Assembly: GCF_018977255.1 (NCBI RefSeq)
Contig: NW_024704742.1
Location: 1,986,001-2,050,000, forward strand
DNA: 64,000 nt
Reading direction: 5' to 3'
DNA from: Callorhinchus milii
Lineage: Eukaryota
Shown here in pieces: positions 62,790 to 64,000 of this stretch (its first letter is position 1; each line of letters starts with the position of its first letter). A program made the translations under genes and the position numbers. The notes beneath the pieces are model-generated. The model saw nothing but the letters and a program-made list of their open reading frames with translations. It was not told the origin of the DNA and ran no database searches.

Positions 62790-62935
62790 GGTTACTTTCC
62801 CCCCCACCGCCCCCCGCCCCCCACCTCTTTCGAATCCAACCCCTGGGCCAGGTGCAAACCCTTGTTTGTCCAGCGCCTTGGGAAGTCCTCCCGACATGAA
62901 AGGTGCCACGTAAATGCATTTTGTTGTTTGTGTTG
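62790..62935 (+). mobile_element. L2 3'UTR and tail
   Basis: C-rich UTR, then agcgccttgggaagtcctcccgacatgaaaggtgccacgtaaatgcattttgttg. Confidence 0.8.
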
Positions 62936-63161
62936 TATATTTTGTGGGCGAAACGCGGCAGCCAGTTGCGCACAGCCGGTCTTGGCTTGAGTGACCAAAT
63001 GTTTATTATTATTGTTACTTTTTTGAAGGGATTATTACCCCCAAAATAGCGATCCGCCAACTGACTAACAACCGGCTTTCTACTCATTGCTAGGTAATTA
63101 AACAGAGGTGTTTTATCCAGGAATCGAACCCAGCTCCTCTCGCTTGTGACCACTAAACTAT
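62936..63161 (-). mobile_element. SINE family A (long form), tail absent, with internal deletions
   Basis: ggcgaaacgcggcagccagttgcgcacagc, gactaacaaccgg, ggaatcgaacccag (B box rc). Confidence 0.85.
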
Positions 63162-64000
63162 AAGTCGCCACAAAAACTTTGGCTCAGAATCTTTGGCCAA
63201 TGAAGCTGGACCGATTATCAGTGAAAGCTTCCGGTAGCTTTTATTCGTGCAGAAATGTCTCGACTTCTTCTGACCCCGTAAATCCCGGAATTAAGATAGA
63301 GTCCAACAATCCTACCTGCCTTGTGGCAGGATTGATGAATAAAGCAAGCACACAAGTCTGGATATAATTGGGAACCCTGCCCTCATTCAGCAACCCACTG
63401 GGGAACTATATTTTTATAATTTGTTAAGAATAGATAGAAGCGCAAGGAATACATGCTCCACAGATATCCCTATAAATATCCGAGTTATATCTGCTGCAGT
63501 TTGTTCCACTTTATCACCCGCTTGATCCGACCTTTTTTACCGGCCACCGAGAGAAATCTCCGCAGGTTTAACCCGCTTTGTCGAATTGCAGGCTGAGTGA
63601 CAGTGGAACGAGTGGCTCCCCCTTGCAGGCTGGGCAAGTGAGCGTGACAAGCCGGAAAAGCAAACGGGAATGCCACTGCGCTTTGCCGGTGTCAAGGAAG
63701 AAGGAAACTCTGTCGAGTTGAATCGAGAGCAGGGATTAAAGTTGCAGCTGTTGTGCTTAGCACTGCTGTGCTTTACATCGAATTCGGCGCTGCAAAGTCG
63801 GCGATGTCAGGAGTAGTAGGAACACGGTTTAAGCAGTGCTGCTCGAATATTTATGCCGGGACTGAAGTCATTGAAGAAGGCAGGCAATATATTGCTTTCC
63901 CTAATCACTTTACTTTCTGGTTTTGCAGCCCATCCCAACTCCTTCCCGACTGCGTGGCTTTGTGTGTGTGTGTGTTTGTGTGTGTGCTCGTGTGTCGATA

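Overview
This window is eukaryotic, non-coding vertebrate DNA: a large intron or gene desert, most likely from a cartilaginous fish. That assignment is inferred from SacSINE1-like Deu-domain SINEs, L2 and CR1 LINE 3' ends, and a young (ATT)n-tailed tRNA-Ala SINE. I can support no intact protein-coding gene, rRNA, true tRNA or CRISPR array. The only ORFs with recognisable motifs are decayed LINE ORF2 fragments (L2 at 4545-5026 and 53188-53468; probable I-group relics near 16.2 kb and 31.6 kb). Two Deu-SINE families dominate: an older SacSINE1-like family B and a younger modular family A (tRNA-Ala head + CORE-like block + Deu block + L2-type tail). Between them lie TE-free, homeobox/TCF/octamer-motif-rich blocks that look like conserved non-coding enhancers. 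The most notable observations are: a perfect 104-bp palindrome (35920-36023); recurrent antisense L2-tail junctions at one site in the Deu-SINE; a SINE with 5'-inversion geometry; an internally deleted mini-SINE abutting a 31-bp minisatellite with higher-order structure; an L2-matched tail in the youngest SINE copies; a CpG-enriched SINE copy; and a well-formed candidate minus-strand exon (1772-1860). I found no evidence for a novel multi-gene system. Family names come from recalled consensus motifs, not database searches, and repeat boundaries are approximate.
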